A DNA stretch of 64,000 bases from Mesorhizobium carmichaelinearum (lineage in GTDB: Bacteria > Pseudomonadota > Alphaproteobacteria > Rhizobiales > Rhizobiaceae): NCBI GenBank assembly GCA_943370265.1, contig CALRQH020000025.1:1038-65037 (forward strand), in the 5' to 3' direction. The notes below the pieces were generated by a model that saw nothing but the letters and a program-made list of their open reading frames with translations, had not been told where the DNA came from and did not search any database. Below are positions 1 through 9,494 of this stretch, one piece after another (within the stretch, counting starts at the first letter, position 1; the number at the start of each line of letters is the position of its first letter). The translations under genes were made by a program, and so were the position numbers.

Positions 1-993
1 GCGCTGGTGTGACATCACGGCCCAGGCGATCCGAGCCAGCTTGTTGGCGAGCGCAACCACCACCACGTTGCGCTTGGCGCGCTGTAACAGCGCTTGCAGC
101 CAGGCGCCGAGCTGGGTGTCCATTCGCGCCAGATATGGCAGTGCCGCTCGCGCGCCATGGATCAACAGCACGCGCATGTAGGTGCTCCCGCGTTTGCTGA
201 TCCCTGTCAGGCGCGGCTTGCCGCCGGTGGTGATCTGGCGTGGGACAAGCCCCAGCCAAGCAGCGAAGTCACGCCCCTTTGCAAACGTCGACACGTCGCC
301 GACCGCTGCCGCCAGCGCTGTTGCGTTGAGAGCGCCAATGCCTGGCACGCTGCGCAACAGACGAGCCCGCTGATCGCTCCTCGCGAGCGCTTGGAACTCC
401 TGATCGAGCTGCTTGATCCGGCGATCGAGTGAGTGAAGCTCATCGACCATGTCATCAACGAGTTGCCGCATCCTAGCGGTTAGGAGCGTGTTGTCCGTGA
501 GGTTCTCGCGCAGCCACAGGTTCAGCTTTGGGCGCCCCTTCGCGATGACGATGCCACGGTCGAACAATACACCCCGCAGCTGATTGATCAGTGCCGTCCG
601 TGTGCCAACCAGCCGTTCGCGCGCACGGTGCAAAGTCTGCACATCGAGCTGCTCTTCCGACTTGATCGGGACGAAGCGCATGGTCGGCCGTGTCGCCGCT
701 TCGGCGATTGCCTCCGCATCGCGATCATCGTTCTTGTGCGACTTGACGTAGGGTTTGACATACTCGGGCGGCATCAGCCGAACCTCGTATCCGCCCATGA
801 CGAACTGGCGAGCGAGGTGATGAGCACCGCAGCACGCCTCCATGCCGATGATGCAGCGCGGTTGCTTTTCGACGAATCCTACAAGGGACGCACGGCGTAT
901 CCGACGACGCAGCACAACCGCTCCTTCGCGGTCGAGGCCGACCAGGCTGCACAGCGTCTTTCCAAGATCGATTCCGAGTACGACGATGTTCAT
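1..993 (-). mobile_element. IS110-family transposase gene, 3' end cut by window edge
   Basis: The minus-strand ATG at 993 (MNIVVLGIDLGKTLCSLVGLDREG...) stays open to base 1, giving 331 codons that end ...LANKLARIAWAVMSHQR. The GIDLGK-type N-terminus and the C-terminal block SVPGIGALNATALAAAVGD...AAWLGLVPRQITTGGKPRLTGISKRG are the two hallmark regions of IS110/IS1111 transposases. It is missing from the ORF track only because no stop lies inside the window. Confidence 0.85.
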
Positions 994-2338
994 TTCCTTC
1001 CTCCTTCTGACACGGACTAGCAGTTTGTCCGGAACCGGAGGGGCGGGCCATCCCATAAGATAACGTGCGTTCCGTCGTTCCTGGTCTGCATCGGTTCTCA
1101 TCCGCCGGGGCGGATCTCCTTGTGTCAGATGGCGTCCGTCAGCGTGCCGGCGCCATGCGTTTCAACCGCCGCCGCGCCGCTCATCGCTGCGCTCCGAGCA
1201 GGCGTCGATCCTTGATGTGGGCGCGTTGCGCGGCGTCCGTGTCACTCATGGCCGCGTCGCCGACATAATCATGACCAGCCCTTAGTGCCGCACAGGTCGG
1301 CATGCGGGCAGGACGGGATCAGTAGGCTATGAAGGATCAATCGGATGACGTTCTTCAATCGAGATCTCTGTCGGACAATCTGATTGCGCCGTGTCACCTA
1401 TCGACGCAGAGCCTGCGTCGCCTCTCCAGAGACTTCCGGCAGGAAGCCACTGGCATATGGTCATTCGCGATTACGCGAACACATCTTCGGCGGCGTCACA
1501 AGTTCAATGCTTGCAAGTCCGTCACTGCCAACCCTTCTGGCACGCTAGTGCCTTTCGCATTTAGGTTGATTATTTAAGGCGCCATCGATCTGGTTGATTC
1601 AGTCGAATAGATTGGACGTGGTCAAAGGTGTCGGCGATTACGTATTACGGCCTCGATGTTTCGCTTCGCCGCGCGCGGCATACAGTGCTTGAGCATGGCT
1701 ATGCTGTTCGACTCCGTAGGTGAGCAGACGCAAGCACTTTCCGAGCGGTCGCCGAAAAATTTGAGCGCCAAACCGCCCCAGGGCAAGCTTCAACGCCGAT
1801 TAGCGTGCTGCGATTCGGTCTTGGCAGCACGACGCCAGCGAGCGGCGCGTCGCAGCTGCCGACAATTCCGCACATGGCCATTTGGACAGTTCATAGACCG
1901 TAAAATCCACCGGCCGTGGTGCGCGGATTATTGTGCCACAACAAGATTTGCCCAGGTGATGCCAGCTTGGCTGGATTCAAACGACCGACATGCCGTTGCC
2001 ATAGGGTGGTGGCTCAGGCGACGCCCGAGGCGATCTCGCTGCGGCGCTGGAGCGCGATTTCGGCAACGTCGCCGCATGGCGCGCCCAGTTCATGGCTTGC
2101 GCCAAGGCACAGGCCGGCGGTTCCGGATGGACCTTGCTCGTCTGGTCGGAGCGGATTGGTAGCATCATGGCATGTCTTCAGCGAGGGCGACCCGTCGCGC
2201 TTGCCACCGCGCAGGCAACCGATGCGGCGTGAAACGCAGGAAAGAGCAGCCGGACTAAAGTCCCTGTTGAGCAAGACCGAAGGCCGATGTCGCAGCCGCC
2301 GCGCTAACTCTATGATGGATTCTGGTCAGGAATGAACA

Positions 2339-3730
2339 GTGCGATTGCTTGAGGATTTCCGTCAACGCTGGAGCAGGCTTTCGTTGGCCTTGCAGTTCCT
2401 GATTGCCGGCGGCGTGGGGCTGTTGGCCGTGATGCTGGTCGTCGGCCTGTGGGTGACCTCGCGGATCCGCGAAGGTGTCATCCGCAATTCCGCCGCCAAT
2501 ACGGCTCTCTATGTCGACAGTGTCATCGCGCCACTGTTGCCGGACATGCGCAAAAAGCAGGAGCTGAGCGACAGCGTAAAGCGGGCACTCGACGAAACCC
2601 TTGACCAGGGCGGGCTCGGCAAGCGGCTGGAGTCGTTCAAGATGTGGCGGCGAGACGGTACCGTTCTCTATGCCACGGACCCGGCGCTGATCGGCCAGGT
2701 GTTCCAGCCGAGCGCCAAGCTGATTGCCGCCTTCAAGGGCAATGTCGTGGCCGATTTCAATGACCTCAACGACGTCGAAAACCAGAAGGAAAAGGCCACC
2801 GGCATGCCGCTGCTCGAAATCTACAACCCGGTGCGCGAGCCCTGGTCGGGCGAAGTCGTGGCCGTCTCGGAGTTCTACGAGATCGCCGACGACTTCCAGG
2901 CGACGTTGGACGCCGCTCTCTGGTCAAGCTGGCTGGTGGTAGCGGGCGCAACGGCGGCGGCGCTTGCACTCTTGTCCGGCATCGTCTTTCGCGGCAGCCG
3001 CACCATCGAGATACAGCGTGCCGCGCTCGAGGCGAAAGTAATGGAATTGCAGGAGCTCCTGTCACAAAACTCGGCGCTGCGTCAGCGTGTCCAGCGCGCC
3101 TCGCGCCGCGCTACGGCCATCAACGAGCGCTACCTGCGCCGCATCGGCGCCGATCTCCACGACGGACCGGCACAGCTCGTTGCTCTGGCGGCGATCAGAT
3201 TGGATAGCCAGTTGCTGATCGACCCCAGCGCCTCGGCACAATATCGCGAGGCCGAGGTCGCCAACATCCACAAGACACTCGACGAGGCGATGCGAGAGAT
3301 ACGCGGCATCTGCAACGGGCTCGTCCTGCCGCAGATCGAAACCGCTGACGTGGCCGCCATCTTGCGGTTGGCAGTGGCTGAGCACGAAAGGCGGACCGCA
3401 AGCTCGGTGTCCCTGACGCTTGTCGGCGAGCTCCCAGAACTCGGCCCCTCCGAGAAGATCAGCATCTATCGTTTCGTCCAGGAAGGGCTGAACAATGCCT
3501 GGCGCCATGGAAAAGGCAAGGATCAGGCAGTGAAAGCCGGGACGAAAGCCGGCAAGCTTTTCGTTGAGGTAGTGGACGGCGGCCCAGGCTTCGACCCGGC
3601 GAGGAAAGAGGGACTGGGGCTGGCAGGCCTGAGGGAGCGCATTGAAAGCATTGGTGGACAATTCGAAACCGCGTCCGGCCCACAGGGCACGCGATTGGTG
3701 ATCACCGTATCCGCCGAGGAGCAACAGTGA
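2339..3730 (+). CDS. Sensor histidine kinase, NarL/HisKA_3 type
   Basis: GTG start. Two TM segments (LALQFLIAGGVGLLAVMLVVGLWV and SSWLVVAGATAAALALLSGIVF) flank a periplasmic domain of about 170 aa. A coiled coil follows, then the H-box IGADLHDGPAQ and ATPase motifs GLNNAWRHG, DGGPGF and GLGLAGLRERIES. The stop overlaps the GTG start of the next gene. Confidence 0.85.
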   Translation: MRLLEDFRQRWSRLSLALQFLIAGGVGLLAVMLVVGLWVTSRIREGVIRNSAANTALYVDSVIAPLLPDMRKKQELSDSVKRALDETLDQGGLGKRLESFKMWRRDGTVLYATDPALIGQVFQPSAKLIAAFKGNVVADFNDLNDVENQKEKATGMPLLEIYNPVREPWSGEVVAVSEFYEIADDFQATLDAALWSSWLVVAGATAAALALLSGIVFRGSRTIEIQRAALEAKVMELQELLSQNSALRQRVQRASRRATAINERYLRRIGADLHDGPAQLVALAAIRLDSQLLIDPSASAQYREAEVANIHKTLDEAMREIRGICNGLVLPQIETADVAAILRLAVAEHERRTASSVSLTLVGELPELGPSEKISIYRFVQEGLNNAWRHGKGKDQAVKAGTKAGKLFVEVVDGGPGFDPARKEGLGLAGLRERIESIGGQFETASGPQGTRLVITVSAEEQQ

Positions 3731-4374
3731 CCGGCATCATCCGCATCGCCATCGTCGACGATCATCCGTTGTTTCGAGAGGGCGTCGCGTCGCGCCTGAT
3801 TGAAATCGGCGGCTTCGAAATTGTCGGCGAGGGCGCCAGCGCACAGGATGCGGAAAGGCTCGCTGACGCGGCGCGTCCCGACATAATGCTGCTCGACATC
3901 AGCATGCCAGGCGGCGGGCTGGCGGCGGCGGCAGGCATCCTGGCCGCGCAGCCGCATCAGAAGATCGTCATGCTGACCGTTTCGGAGGCCAATGCCGACG
4001 TTACGCAGGCACTCAATGCCGGCGTGCGCGGCTATGTCCTCAAGGGCGTCGGCTCGAAGATGCTGGCCGAGATCCTGCGCGACGTCGCTTCTGGCCAGAG
4101 TTATGTTTCTCCGACACTTTCGGCCCGGCTGCTATCCAACCTGCTGCAGCCGGAGAAGCGGAAGATCGATCCGCTCGGCCAACTCACCGGTCGTGAAGCC
4201 GAAATCCTGCAGCTGGTGGCGGAAGGCCTCAGCAACAAGGAAGTCGCCAGGCGGCTGGCGCTGCAGGAAAAGACGGTGAAGCACCACATGACGCATGTGC
4301 TGGCGAAACTCAATGTGCGCAACCGCACCGAAGCGGCGCTGCTCATTCACGGGGCGAAGGAACGCCGGGACTGA
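3727..4374 (+). CDS. LuxR/NarL-family response regulator
   Basis: Receiver domain (IAIVDDHPLFREG...DIMLLDISMP) plus a GerE/LuxR HTH (LTGREAEILQLVAEGLSNKEVARRLALQEKTVKHHMTHVLAKLNVRNRTEAA). Translationally coupled to the kinase. Confidence 0.9.
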   Translation: MTGIIRIAIVDDHPLFREGVASRLIEIGGFEIVGEGASAQDAERLADAARPDIMLLDISMPGGGLAAAAGILAAQPHQKIVMLTVSEANADVTQALNAGVRGYVLKGVGSKMLAEILRDVASGQSYVSPTLSARLLSNLLQPEKRKIDPLGQLTGREAEILQLVAEGLSNKEVARRLALQEKTVKHHMTHVLAKLNVRNRTEAALLIHGAKERRD

Positions 4375-4429
4375 GGCGCTGTTCTTCGTTCGGCGCAGGC
4401 GGACTCAATCTAGTCCAGGGGCGCAAGAG

Positions 4430-4457
4430 CTCACCCCCGTCCGAAGACGGGGGTGAG
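4430..4457. terminator. Perfect 12-bp hairpin between convergent genes (candidate bidirectional terminator)
   Basis: ctcacccccgtc-cgaa-gacgggggtgag has perfectly complementary arms. It lies between the stop of the response regulator (4374) and the stop of the minus-strand Gly-rich gene (4499). No clear U-tract on either strand. Confidence 0.5.
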
Positions 4458-4498
4458 GTGAGAAACAAGTGTTGCCTGACTAACTAACTTCCTTGCTC

Positions 4499-4975
4499 TC
4501 ACATCCCTTGCAGGCGCTTCATGTCAGCGGCGGTCGCGGCCCGATCGACGATCGTGCGGCCGAGCGCATCCAACATTTCGTAGCGACCTCGTTCGACTTT
4601 TTCCTTCATTCCGTCTGGGTGGACGACTTCGATGGTCTTGCCGCGGGCCTGCACCTTGACCGTGTCGCCTGTCGCCGGGTTCACATGGCTGTGGGCATTC
4701 CCACCGCCACCGCTACTGTTGCCGCTGTTGCTTCCATCGCCACTGCCGCCGCCCTCGCCTGCACCGCCACCGCCACCGCCATCACCTTTGCCGCCTCCAT
4801 CACCGCCACTGCCGCCTCCGCCGCTACCGCCATCCTCTGCATGGGCCGCGGCGAAGACGATCCTGGCGGCGCCTTTCCCGTCAATCGTGACGTGGTACGG
4901 CGCCGCCGCGAGCGCCAGCGCCGTCGAAACCCTCGTCACAAACCAGACAATTCGGGTCATCGACGGCGCGTTCAT
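4499..4975 (-). CDS. Secreted glycine-rich protein, paralog 2 (unknown function)
   Basis: SD caaggggattgagATG. Hydrophobic N-terminus (MTRIVWFVTRVSTALALAAA), then APYHVT...AARIVFAAAHAEDGGSGGGG, a Gly/Ser/Asp tract, and a non-repetitive C-terminal domain (HVNPATGDTVKVQARGKTIEVVHPDGMKEKVERGRYEMLDALGRTIV...). The N-terminal module is shared with 4994-5434. Confidence 0.65.
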   Translation of the reverse strand: MNAPSMTRIVWFVTRVSTALALAAAPYHVTIDGKGAARIVFAAAHAEDGGSGGGGSGGDGGGKGDGGGGGGAGEGGGSGDGSNSGNSSGGGGNAHSHVNPATGDTVKVQARGKTIEVVHPDGMKEKVERGRYEMLDALGRTIVDRAATAADMKRLQGM

Positions 4976-4993
4976 CTCAATCCCCTTGACGGG

Positions 4994-5434
4994 TTAGGGT
5001 GCGGTAACCGGCGCTGGCGCCGAGTCATCGCCAGTATTATCATTGCTGGTGCCGCCCGTAGTGGAACTGCTGTCGTCGTCACCGGTGCCGGTGCCAGTGC
5101 CAGTGCCGGTGGTGCCGCCGTGGTCATCGCCACCATCGCTGCCGTCGTCGCCACTGCCGGTGCCGCCACCGCTACCGGTGCTGCCGTCATGGCCATCGCC
5201 GCTGTCATGGCTACCGCCACTGCCACTGCCACTACCACCGCCACTGCCTTCACCGCCACCGCCGCCTCCCTCACCGCCACCCCCGCCGCTGCCATGGTCC
5301 TCGGCCTGGGCAAAGGCAGGAACGATCTTGGCGGCGCCGTGGAAGGTGAGATGATAGGGCGCGACAGTCAGCACCAACGCGCTCGATGCCCGCAGGGCGA
5401 GCCAGCAAAGTCGGGTTAAGGGCAGTTTGCGCAT
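4994..5434 (-). CDS. Secreted glycine/serine/aspartate/histidine-rich protein, paralog 1 (unknown function)
   Basis: Canonical SD cacaaggaggatcaagATG. Signal-like N-terminus MRKLPLTRLCWLALRASSALVLTVA, then APYHLT...AAKIVPAFAQAEDHGSGGGGG. The rest is almost entirely G/S/D/T/H low complexity, including (TG)5. Confidence 0.65.
   Translation of the reverse strand: MRKLPLTRLCWLALRASSALVLTVAPYHLTFHGAAKIVPAFAQAEDHGSGGGGGEGGGGGGEGSGGGSGSGSGGSHDSGDGHDGSTGSGGGTGSGDDGSDGGDDHGGTTGTGTGTGTGDDDSSSTTGGTSNDNTGDDSAPAPVTAP
5081..5116. repeat. Imperfect hexanucleotide repeat (GGTGCC/AGTGCC) inside the Gly-rich gene
   Basis: accggtgccggtgccagtgccagtgccggtggtgcc encodes the TGTGTGTGTG tract on the minus strand. 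It is a slippage-prone microsatellite-like tract. Confidence 0.6.
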
Positions 5435-5937
5435 CTTGATCCTCCTTGTGCCAATCCGGGCAGGCCGGAACTGGCGTTGTTGACAGGAGGAGCATTGACC
5501 AATCGATGCTGCTTCGAAACCGGCCCAAGACTCTTGCCTAGCCTTGCCAGACCTTTTCGGCGCCGGCTTCGGACTTTAGTCGTAGCCGATCTGGCATGTG
5601 AATGCTGGGCCTCTAGGAGGATTTCGCTCCGATGAACCGCTGAAGGGCATTTAGATCCCGAATGAGCGATACCCGAAACTCTCTCATAAGCACTCGCAAT
5701 TCGGCTGGAGGCGCAAGCCGGAAAGTTCAAAAAGCTTCCAAGAACCCCAGCCTAGCTGGACGTCGCGGCGAACAACGAGCAGATAGGCGGCATCAATGAC
5801 AAATGCCCGCTATCGATGGTGCGGAAGAGATCTGACTCTTTGTCTTTCGAGAAGCACACATCATCACCGGATTCTATACTTGGAGTGATCAAAATAATTT
5901 CAACTAGAAACATCTCCGACAACTTGGCCATTCTGGT

Positions 5938-7452
5938 CTAGACCGTCAATTCGGCGACTTTCCGCGTAAGGTCGGCGATATAGCTTTGCGTCGACAGATC
6001 GGTTCCTGTCGCTGCCACGAGGATTTCGCTTGGGGTTTTCGACCGGCCATGCTGATGGACCTTATCGTTCAGCCAGGATTTCAAGGGCATGTAGTCGCCT
6101 TTTTCGAGGCCCTCGTCGATTGACGCCTCCTTGCCGGCGGCGGCGAAGAGTTGCGACGACATGATGTTGCCGAGCGTATAGGTGGGGAACGACCCCACCA
6201 TACTGGACGACCAGTGCACATCCTGTAGAACGCCCAGCGTATCGTTCGGCACGTCGAGGCCGAGATAGGATTTGACCTTCTCGCGCCAGATCGCGGGCAG
6301 ATCGGCCACCCGTATCTCATCTGCTATAAGGCCTGCCTCGATTTCGGAGCGCAGCATGATGTGGAGGTCATAGGTCAGTTCATCAGCTTCCACCCGAATG
6401 AGGCTCGGCCGGGCAGCGTTGATCGCGCGCCAGAAATCATCCACCGACACGTCCGAAAGCTGCTGCGAAAAATGCTCTTTCAGTTCATCGAAATGCAGTT
6501 CCCAGAAGCGGCGCGAGCGGCCGACACGGTTCTCCCATAGCCGCGACTGCGACTCATGCATCCCGAAGCTGGTGCCACCCACGGCATAGAGATTGACGAA
6601 ATCAGTCGTGAAAACTGTGCGCGAGAAACGCTCGGCAACACCCTGCTCATAGATGCCGTGGCCGGCTTCATGCCAGATGGCGAAAAGACCGGCCGGCAAC
6701 CATGTTTCCCGGAAACGGCCGGTGATGCGAACGTCCGAGCGCGTGAAGGAAATCTCGAAGGGATGTACGGTGTTATCCAGGCGGCCGCGATCGAAATCGT
6801 AGCCGAAGCGCGCGGCCATAATGCTGGAAAAAGCCCGCTGCGTTTCGACGGGATAGGCGCGCTCCAATATTTCGTTGCGAACATTCGCCTGCCTTGCCTC
6901 GGCAAGAAGCGGGATTAGCGCCTCCCGCAAGTCTCCATAAAGATCACGCAACGTCGACCAGCGCATGCCCGGCTCGTAGGTTCGCACCAGCGCGTCATAG
7001 GGATGCTCGTCGTAGCCGATGGCGCTGGCGATCTGGCGCTGAATCTCCATCGTGTGTTCAAGAAGCGGCGCGAAAGCCGCAAAATCGTTGGCGGCGCGCG
7101 CCTTCGCCCAGGCGGCATGCCCGAAGGTCTTCAGCTCCGCAGCACTCGCGACCAAATGCGCCGGAATGCGCGACAACGTGCCGATCGACGCCGCCGCCTG
7201 TTCCACCATGAGGTGGCGAACATCGCCGGCGGATACGCCCTTAAGTTCGCTGCGGGCATCCTCGATCGCGCGCAGCATCTTGTCGCTGGTGGCGATGTCG
7301 CGAGCAAGCCCCATCAGCGTTGCAATCTGCTTGCCGCGTGCTTCGACGCCGCCTTGCGGCATCATCGTGCGAGAATCCCAAACCAGCAGATTCACCGCGC
7401 AGAGGATGTCATTGACCTTCGCGATTTCCGTTTCGAACAGAGCAAAGCTCAT
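5938..7452 (-). CDS. M32 metallocarboxypeptidase (carboxypeptidase Taq family)
   Basis: HEAGHGIYEQG (HExxH), TVHPFEISF (HPF), HESQSRLWEN and IRVEADELTYDLH are the signature motifs of the M32 family. The 504 aa length is typical. Confidence 0.9.
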   Translation of the reverse strand: MSFALFETEIAKVNDILCAVNLLVWDSRTMMPQGGVEARGKQIATLMGLARDIATSDKMLRAIEDARSELKGVSAGDVRHLMVEQAAASIGTLSRIPAHLVASAAELKTFGHAAWAKARAANDFAAFAPLLEHTMEIQRQIASAIGYDEHPYDALVRTYEPGMRWSTLRDLYGDLREALIPLLAEARQANVRNEILERAYPVETQRAFSSIMAARFGYDFDRGRLDNTVHPFEISFTRSDVRITGRFRETWLPAGLFAIWHEAGHGIYEQGVAERFSRTVFTTDFVNLYAVGGTSFGMHESQSRLWENRVGRSRRFWELHFDELKEHFSQQLSDVSVDDFWRAINAARPSLIRVEADELTYDLHIMLRSEIEAGLIADEIRVADLPAIWREKVKSYLGLDVPNDTLGVLQDVHWSSSMVGSFPTYTLGNIMSSQLFAAAGKEASIDEGLEKGDYMPLKSWLNDKVHQHGRSKTPSEILVAATGTDLSTQSYIADLTRKVAELTV

Positions 7453-7461
7453 GGGATGCCT

Positions 7462-8493
7462 TTATGATTGGATGGTGGGGTCCGGTGCGCCGAACCCTGT
7501 CAAATGACAGGCCGCATATTGGCCGTTGCCGCGCGGCGTCAGCGCCGGCCGTTCGCTGCGGCAGCGGTCGAAAGCATGCGGGCAACGGCTGGCGAAGGGG
7601 CAGCCGACCGGCAGGCTCAGCGGGCTCGGCAATTCGCCGCGCGCCGCAACCGCGCTGCTTCGGCGCGCCGGGTCGAGCTCCGGCGCCGCGTCGAGAAGCG
7701 CCTTGGAATAGGGATGCCGTGGGGCGGTGAACAGCGCCTCAGACGGGCTGATTTCCATGACTTGCCCAAGATACATCACCACCACGCGATGCGAAATATG
7801 GCGCACCAGGCGAAGATCATGGGCAACAAAGATCACCGTCAAATGCAATTGTTCCTGCAACTGCAGCAAGAGATTGACCACCTGCGCCTGCACGGAGACA
7901 TCGAGCGCCGAGACCAGTTCGTCGGCGACGATGACATCCGGCTCCACCGCCAGCGCCCGGGCAATGCCGATACGCTGGCGCTGGCCGCCGGAAAATTCGT
8001 GCGGATAGCGGGCGGCAGCATCCTGCGGCAGCCGAACCAGTTCGAGCAGTTCCGCGATGCGTCCCGATATCTCCGCCTTGGGTCGCATGCGGTGGACGCT
8101 CAGCGCCTCACCCAGGATTTGGCTCACCGTCATGCGCGGGTTCAGTGAGCTGTAAGGGTCCTGGAAGATCATCTGCACGCGGCGATTGAAGCCTCGACGC
8201 TCCGCCGGCTTCAACTGCGCGATATCCCGGCCTTCGAAGCGGATAACGCCGGCATCAAGGTCGGACAGGCGCACAAGACAGCGCGCGAGCGTGGACTTGC
8301 CGCAGCCCGATTCGCCGACGACGCCCAGCGTTTCGCCACGATAAACATCGAGCGTCACCGTGTTCAGCGCATGCACCATCGGCCGTGGCTGGCCCGCAAG
8401 CCGCGATATCAGCGAAGATGGCAAGAGAAAGTGCTTGACCACGCCCTCGACCGACAGGATCGGGATCGCGGCGTTTGGGCGCGCGGCGTTCAT
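7462..8493 (-). CDS. Peptide ABC transporter ATP-binding protein (DppF/OppF-like)
   Basis: Walker A GESGCGKST, signature FSGGQRQR, Walker B VIVADELVSALD, and a C-terminal Cys-rich oligopeptide-type extension CPFASRCPHAFDRC. The start overlaps the upstream stop (ATGA). Confidence 0.9.
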   Translation of the reverse strand: MNAARPNAAIPILSVEGVVKHFLLPSSLISRLAGQPRPMVHALNTVTLDVYRGETLGVVGESGCGKSTLARCLVRLSDLDAGVIRFEGRDIAQLKPAERRGFNRRVQMIFQDPYSSLNPRMTVSQILGEALSVHRMRPKAEISGRIAELLELVRLPQDAAARYPHEFSGGQRQRIGIARALAVEPDVIVADELVSALDVSVQAQVVNLLLQLQEQLHLTVIFVAHDLRLVRHISHRVVVMYLGQVMEISPSEALFTAPRHPYSKALLDAAPELDPARRSSAVAARGELPSPLSLPVGCPFASRCPHAFDRCRSERPALTPRGNGQYAACHLTGFGAPDPTIQS

Positions 8494-9494
8494 AGGATCG
8501 CCTCCATGGCTGCCACATCACGCTGGCGGAAGCAGGCCGACATCCGGCCCTCCCTGACCGCTACCAATGGCGGCCGCGCGGTCCGACATTGATCCGTAGC
8601 AAGGCTGCATCGCGGATGAAAGGCGCAGCCAGTGGGAAGTGCGGTGAGGCTCGGCGGCGTGCCGTCGATCGAGGCAAGCATGGAGCGCACGGCATGGCCA
8701 CGCGGAACCGACCCGAGCAGGCCACGCGTATAGGGGTGGTACGGCTGCGCGAAAACATTGGCCACCGTGCCGGTTTCGACGATCCGCCCGGCATACATCA
8801 CCGCCATGCGGTCGCAGGTGGCGGCGACCACACCGAGATCGTGCGTCACGAGCACGACGCTCATCGACAATTGGTCGCGCAGTTGCAGCAGAAGCTTCAG
8901 GATCTGGTCCTGGATGGTGACGTCGAGCGCTGTCGTTGGCTCATCTGCCAAGAGCAGCTTCGGCGAACAGGCGAGCGCAATGGCGATCATGGCGCGCTGG
9001 CGCATGCCACCCGAAAACTGATGCGGATACTCCTGAAGCCGACGCTCGGCCGCCGGAATGCCGACAGTGTTCATCAGCTCCAGCGCCCTCGCCCGCCGTT
9101 CGCGGCGATTGAGGCTAGTGTGAGCGATCAGGTTTTCCTCGATCTGCAGGCCGACCTGCAGCACTGGGTTGAGCGCCGTCATCGGCTCCTGGAAAATCAT
9201 TGCGATCTCCTTGCCGCGAATGCGGCGGAGTTCTTCATCCGGCAGCGCAAGAAGATCGCGGCCACCCCATTCGACGCGCCCGCTCACTCGCCCCGGCTCG
9301 CGGATAAGCCTCATGATCGAGCGCAATGTCACGCTTTTGCCCGACCCGGATTCACCAACGAGGCCCAGTACCTCGCCCGGCGCTATATCGAGGTCGATGT
9401 CGGCGGTGGCAATCGCCGTTCCGCGTGGCGTGTCGAAGGTCGTGGTCAGGCCGCGAACCTTCAGGCTCATTGTTTGATCCGTTGCCCTGGTCAT
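8490..9494 (-). CDS. Peptide ABC transporter ATP-binding protein (DppD/OppD-like)
   Basis: [29 protein letters not shown] and [14 protein letters not shown]. The start is placed at [13 protein letters not shown] (9494), which gives an ATGA overlap with the permease stop. The longer tracked ORF (to 9638) overlaps the upstream gene. Confidence 0.85.
   Translation of the reverse strand: MTRATDQTMSLKVRGLTTTFDTPRGTAIATADIDLDIAPGEVLGLVGESGSGKSVTLRSIMRLIREPGRVSGRVEWGGRDLLALPDEELRRIRGKEIAMIFQEPMTALNPVLQVGLQIEENLIAHTSLNRRERRARALELMNTVGIPAAERRLQEYPHQFSGGMRQRAMIAIALACSPKLLLADEPTTALDVTIQDQILKLLLQLRDQLSMSVVLVTHDLGVVAATCDRMAVMYAGRIVETGTVANVFAQPYHPYTRGLLGSVPRGHAVRSMLASIDGTPPSLTALPTGCAFHPRCSLATDQCRTARPPLVAVREGRMSACFRQRDVAAMEAIL

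Noticed and set aside
1110-1250. Two tiny overlapping minus-strand ORFs (MSDTDAAQRAHIKDRRLLGAQR and MSGAAAVETHGAGTLTDAI, ATGA-coupled) upstream of the IS110 transposase gene.
   Set aside because: They are too short, have no SD, and nothing distinguishes them from chance in GC-rich DNA.
4690-5330. Periodic GGYGGY/GCCRCC repeats, checked as a possible CRISPR array or other tandem repeat array.
   Set aside because: The periodicity is 3-6 nt codon-level repetition inside coding sequence. There are no 25-40-nt repeats with unique spacers anywhere in the window.
4493-5419. Plus-strand ORFs 4493-5419 (308 aa), 4632-4997 and 5043-5354, encoding Pro/Ala/Thr-rich, proline-repeat (PPPPLP) proteins.
   Set aside because: They are the antisense mirror of GGN/GSN codon runs and have no SD or start context. 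The minus-strand genes have canonical SDs, signal peptides and a shared non-repetitive N-terminal module.
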